DNA of 64,000 bases, from NCBI GenBank assembly GCA_963666285.1, contig OY762711.1; one strand, given 5' to 3'. This document shows, piece by piece, positions 61,094 to 64,000 of the stretch. Position 1 is the first letter of the stretch; each line of letters starts with the position of its first letter. The DNA comes from Sedimentisphaerales bacterium. Its GTDB lineage: Bacteria > Planctomycetota > Phycisphaerae > Sedimentisphaerales > SM23-30. Position numbers and translations under genes: made by a program. Under the pieces are notes generated by a model that saw nothing but the letters and a program-made list of their open reading frames with translations, searched no databases and was not told the DNA's origin.

Positions 61094-62284
61094 ATGAGTC
61101 CCCAATCAAAATGCATTGGAATCTTAACCGCTGGTGGCGACTGTCCCGGTTTGAATGCTGCAATTCGTGCAATCGCCAAGCCAGCACTATCCATGGGAAT
61201 GACAGTGCTGGGAATCAATGACGGCTTTCGCGGACTGATCGAAAACAGATTTATCTCTTTGGATAATAAAGCAGTAAGCGGAATATTAACAGAAGGCGGG
61301 ACAATTCTTGGTACCAGTCGTACAAAAATCCATAAAGTAAGAGTTGGTGATAAAATAATTAATATGACCGACCTGGCAATGGAAAACATAGAAAAGAACC
61401 ATATCGACTGCCTGGTATGCCTGGGAGGAGGCGGAACCCAGAAAAATGCCCTACGATTAATGAAAAAAGGCGTAAATGTCGTAACATTACCTAAAACAAT
61501 AGATAACGATGTTTGGGGGACAGAAGTAACATTTGGTTATGATTCAGCGCTTCAGGTCGCAACAGATGCAATTGACAGGCTGCATACAACAGCAACCAGT
61601 CATCACAGAATCATAGTCTGTGAAATAATGGGGCATAAAGCCGGCTGGCTGGCATTGTCGGCAGGGATTGCCGGGGGAGCTGATGTAATCCTGATACCCG
61701 AGATCCCCTATGACCTTAATGTAATAACAAGCTACATTAAGAAACGTCGTAAAACAGGCAAGCGTTTTTCTATAATAGCTGTTGCAGAAGGTGCTATAAG
61801 TGTTGAAGAAGCCCAACAGCTAGAGGAAGAAAATAATGGTAAAAAGAAAGAATCGAACGGCAATAATACATTTGATTCACTCAAGGAAGCCGAAGAAGAA
61901 CTGGCGAATGCAGATGACAAGATAGTAGAAAAACGCATTGATGGTGAAACAATGACATATCATCTGGTGAGTGAACCAATTGCCAGCAAGGTGGCAAGAA
62001 ATCTACAAGAAATGACCGGAATAGAAGCCAGGGTAACTACCCTCGGTCATGTACAGCGAGGCGGATGTCCATCAGCGGCAGACAGGCAATTATGTACTTT
62101 ACTGGGTACAAGTGCGATAGACCATATATCCAGGCAGGAATATAATGTTATGATTGGCTGGAAACACAATACATGTAAAGCATTTGACCTTGAAGATATA
62201 GCCGGAAATCGTAAAACAGTTCCACTAAATCACTCATTGGTGAAAGCTGCACGAATGGTTGAATCATGCCTGGGAGATCTGTAA
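61094..62284 (+). CDS. pfkA: 6-phosphofructokinase (PfkA family)
   Basis: TAGGDCPGLNA, GGTILGTSR, PKTIDND, EIMGH.AGW, LGHVQRGG. Confidence 0.93.
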   Translation: MSPQSKCIGILTAGGDCPGLNAAIRAIAKPALSMGMTVLGINDGFRGLIENRFISLDNKAVSGILTEGGTILGTSRTKIHKVRVGDKIINMTDLAMENIEKNHIDCLVCLGGGGTQKNALRLMKKGVNVVTLPKTIDNDVWGTEVTFGYDSALQVATDAIDRLHTTATSHHRIIVCEIMGHKAGWLALSAGIAGGADVILIPEIPYDLNVITSYIKKRRKTGKRFSIIAVAEGAISVEEAQQLEEENNGKKKESNGNNTFDSLKEAEEELANADDKIVEKRIDGETMTYHLVSEPIASKVARNLQEMTGIEARVTTLGHVQRGGCPSAADRQLCTLLGTSAIDHISRQEYNVMIGWKHNTCKAFDLEDIAGNRKTVPLNHSLVKAARMVESCLGDL

Positions 62285-62358
62285 AAAGTTTAGAACCTAA
62301 CGCAAATTATAAAGGCAGCAAAATAGATACACGCAACATATAATAATAAAACTATCAA

Positions 62359-63504
62359 ATGATATATTACATATTAGAAAACCATCTTAGAAAATTCATG
62401 TTTGAAACCCTAGGTTTTTATTCATGGGAAGAAGTATTGTTAAGATCGCTATTGTCCATGCTTACCAGCCTGCTGTTAAGCCTGTGGTTAGGTCCCAAAG
62501 TTATCCGATGGCTGAAGAAGAAAAAAATTGGCGATTGTCCTAACTTTGACCATGACATATTAAATCAAAAAAACAGCCACAAAGATCAGACACCCACAAT
62601 GGGCGGCATTCTCATTTTATTGAGTATCCTGATAAGTACGTTATTATGGGCAGATCTATCTAATCAATATGTAATAAAAGCAATTGTAGTTATTATCTGG
62701 CTTGGCGGTCTGGGCAGTATCGATGACTGGCTGAAACTGACCCAGGCAACAAAGAATCGATCAAGAGACGGTCTGTTAAGCTGGGAAAAAATAATGTTCC
62801 AGATGGGTTTGGGAGCCCTGGTAGGAATATTTTTATACCAGTTTGACTTTAAGAATATTGAAGACGGCCAGAAACTCTGGATCCCCTTCTGTAAAACAGG
62901 TTTTGATATTGGTTTTTTCGGGTTTATGGCAATATCAATAATAGTAATAACAGGTACAAGCAACGCCGTAAATTTAACTGACGGTATGGATGGACTGGCT
63001 TCCGGCAGTGTAGCAATAGTAGCCATAGTTCTGGCAGTATTGTGTTACCTGGCAAGTGAGCCCCTGTCAATATCAAATAACCAGTCGTGGGCAAGTTACC
63101 TGCGTCTTCCGCAAATTCCCGGTGCAGGCGAACTGTCTATAGTATGTACGGCAATGCTGGGGGCATGTTTTGGTTTTCTCTGGTACAACTGTTATCCCGC
63201 CGAGGTATTCATGGGAGATACCGGCAGTCTGCCGCTGGGGGGACTAATCGGCTACACCGCGATAGTGACCCGGCATGAACTATTATTAATCATACTGGGA
63301 GGCGTCTTTGTTATTGAAGCGGCCAGTGTAATCATACAGGTCACCTATTTCAAGAGGACCGGAGGTAAGAAGATATTTAAATGTTCGCCGATACATCATC
63401 ATTTTCACTTAATAGGATGGAGTGAGCCAAAAGTTGTAGTGCGATTCTGGCTGGTATGTATAGCTTTTGCCACATTAGCATTGGCAACACTAAAGTTGAG
63501 GTAA
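62359..63504 (+). CDS. mraY: Phospho-N-acetylmuramoyl-pentapeptide transferase
   Basis: TPTMGG, IDDW.K, SNAVNLTDGMDGLA, FMGDTGS, PIHHHF. Confidence 0.96.
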   Translation: MIYYILENHLRKFMFETLGFYSWEEVLLRSLLSMLTSLLLSLWLGPKVIRWLKKKKIGDCPNFDHDILNQKNSHKDQTPTMGGILILLSILISTLLWADLSNQYVIKAIVVIIWLGGLGSIDDWLKLTQATKNRSRDGLLSWEKIMFQMGLGALVGIFLYQFDFKNIEDGQKLWIPFCKTGFDIGFFGFMAISIIVITGTSNAVNLTDGMDGLASGSVAIVAIVLAVLCYLASEPLSISNNQSWASYLRLPQIPGAGELSIVCTAMLGACFGFLWYNCYPAEVFMGDTGSLPLGGLIGYTAIVTRHELLLIILGGVFVIEAASVIIQVTYFKRTGGKKIFKCSPIHHHFHLIGWSEPKVVVRFWLVCIAFATLALATLKLR

Positions 63505-63505
63505 T

Positions 63506-64000
63506 ATGCCGAAAGAATTTGAAATAATCGACTATTTCCGTAAAAACAGCCATATAACGGGTGAACATCTAATAAAAGGCCCCGGAGACGACATGGCCGT
63601 AATGAAAGTTGGCGGAGAGGAATTACTAATAACCGCTGACACACTGCTTGAGGGAGTTCATTTCGATCTGTCAACAGCAACGCTCGAACAAGTAGGCTAT
63701 AAAGCGATGGCATGTAGCTTGAGTGATTGCGCAGCAATGTGTTCAAGCCCGATAGGTGCGATAGGCTGCACTTCGTTTCCAACATATTTAACCATGGCTC
63801 AAATCGAACAGCTCCACAGCGGAGTGCAAAAAGCAGCACGGAAATACAATTGCCCGATAATAGGTGGTGATGTAACCAGTTGGGATAACCCCCTGGCAAT
63901 CAGCATAACAATGTTTTCCGTAATGAAAAACGGCAGAAAACCAGTATATCGAAGCGGAGCAGTTGTCGGCGATAGAATTATGGTTACCGGCAAACTGGGC
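63506..64000 (+). CDS. thiL: Thiamine-monophosphate kinase, runs off the window end (not in the ORF track)
   Basis: MPKEFEII...GPGDDMAV...DTLLEGVHF...GYKAMACSLSDCAAM...IGGDV...RSGA..GD.I.VTG.LG. Confidence 0.93.
   Translation, partial: MPKEFEIIDYFRKNSHITGEHLIKGPGDDMAVMKVGGEELLITADTLLEGVHFDLSTATLEQVGYKAMACSLSDCAAMCSSPIGAIGCTSFPTYLTMAQIEQLHSGVQKAARKYNCPIIGGDVTSWDNPLAISITMFSVMKNGRKPVYRSGAVVGDRIMVTGKLG

Noticed and set aside
63405..63993. Minus-strand ORFs at the window end
   Set aside because: They overlap the clear + strand thiL frame starting at 63506.

Overview
This is a chromosomal segment of an anaerobic, LPS-containing bacterium, most likely Planctomycetota/Phycisphaerae. That placement is inferred from an H-X9-DG prepilin-type gene, lamin-tail/CotH and LamG surface proteins with 'D-x-D-x-x-G-x-V-D...WL' tails, and a PQQ propeller; no search was run. 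Housekeeping and metabolic genes are mutL, addA, a group A [FeFe]-hydrogenase with a NuoE-like subunit, a LolE-like permease, lpxD, lpxI, pfkA, mraY and a partial thiL. The window also holds several glycoside hydrolases and a tRNA-Glu(CTC) whose 3' half is overlapped by a decayed, chimeric tyrosine-integrase ORF. Two things stand out. (1) An 11-kb membrane-remodelling operon with three PspA/ESCRT-III-like paralogs, a YqiJ/NfeD-like protein, an SPFH-only paralog, a full flotillin and a 1775-aa AAA+ ATPase. (2) Two diverged, same-orientation 1.3-1.7 kb non-coding mosaic elements about 22.8 kb apart, built from shuffled hairpin and short-period repeat modules. All family calls come from motif recognition and need HMM confirmation.
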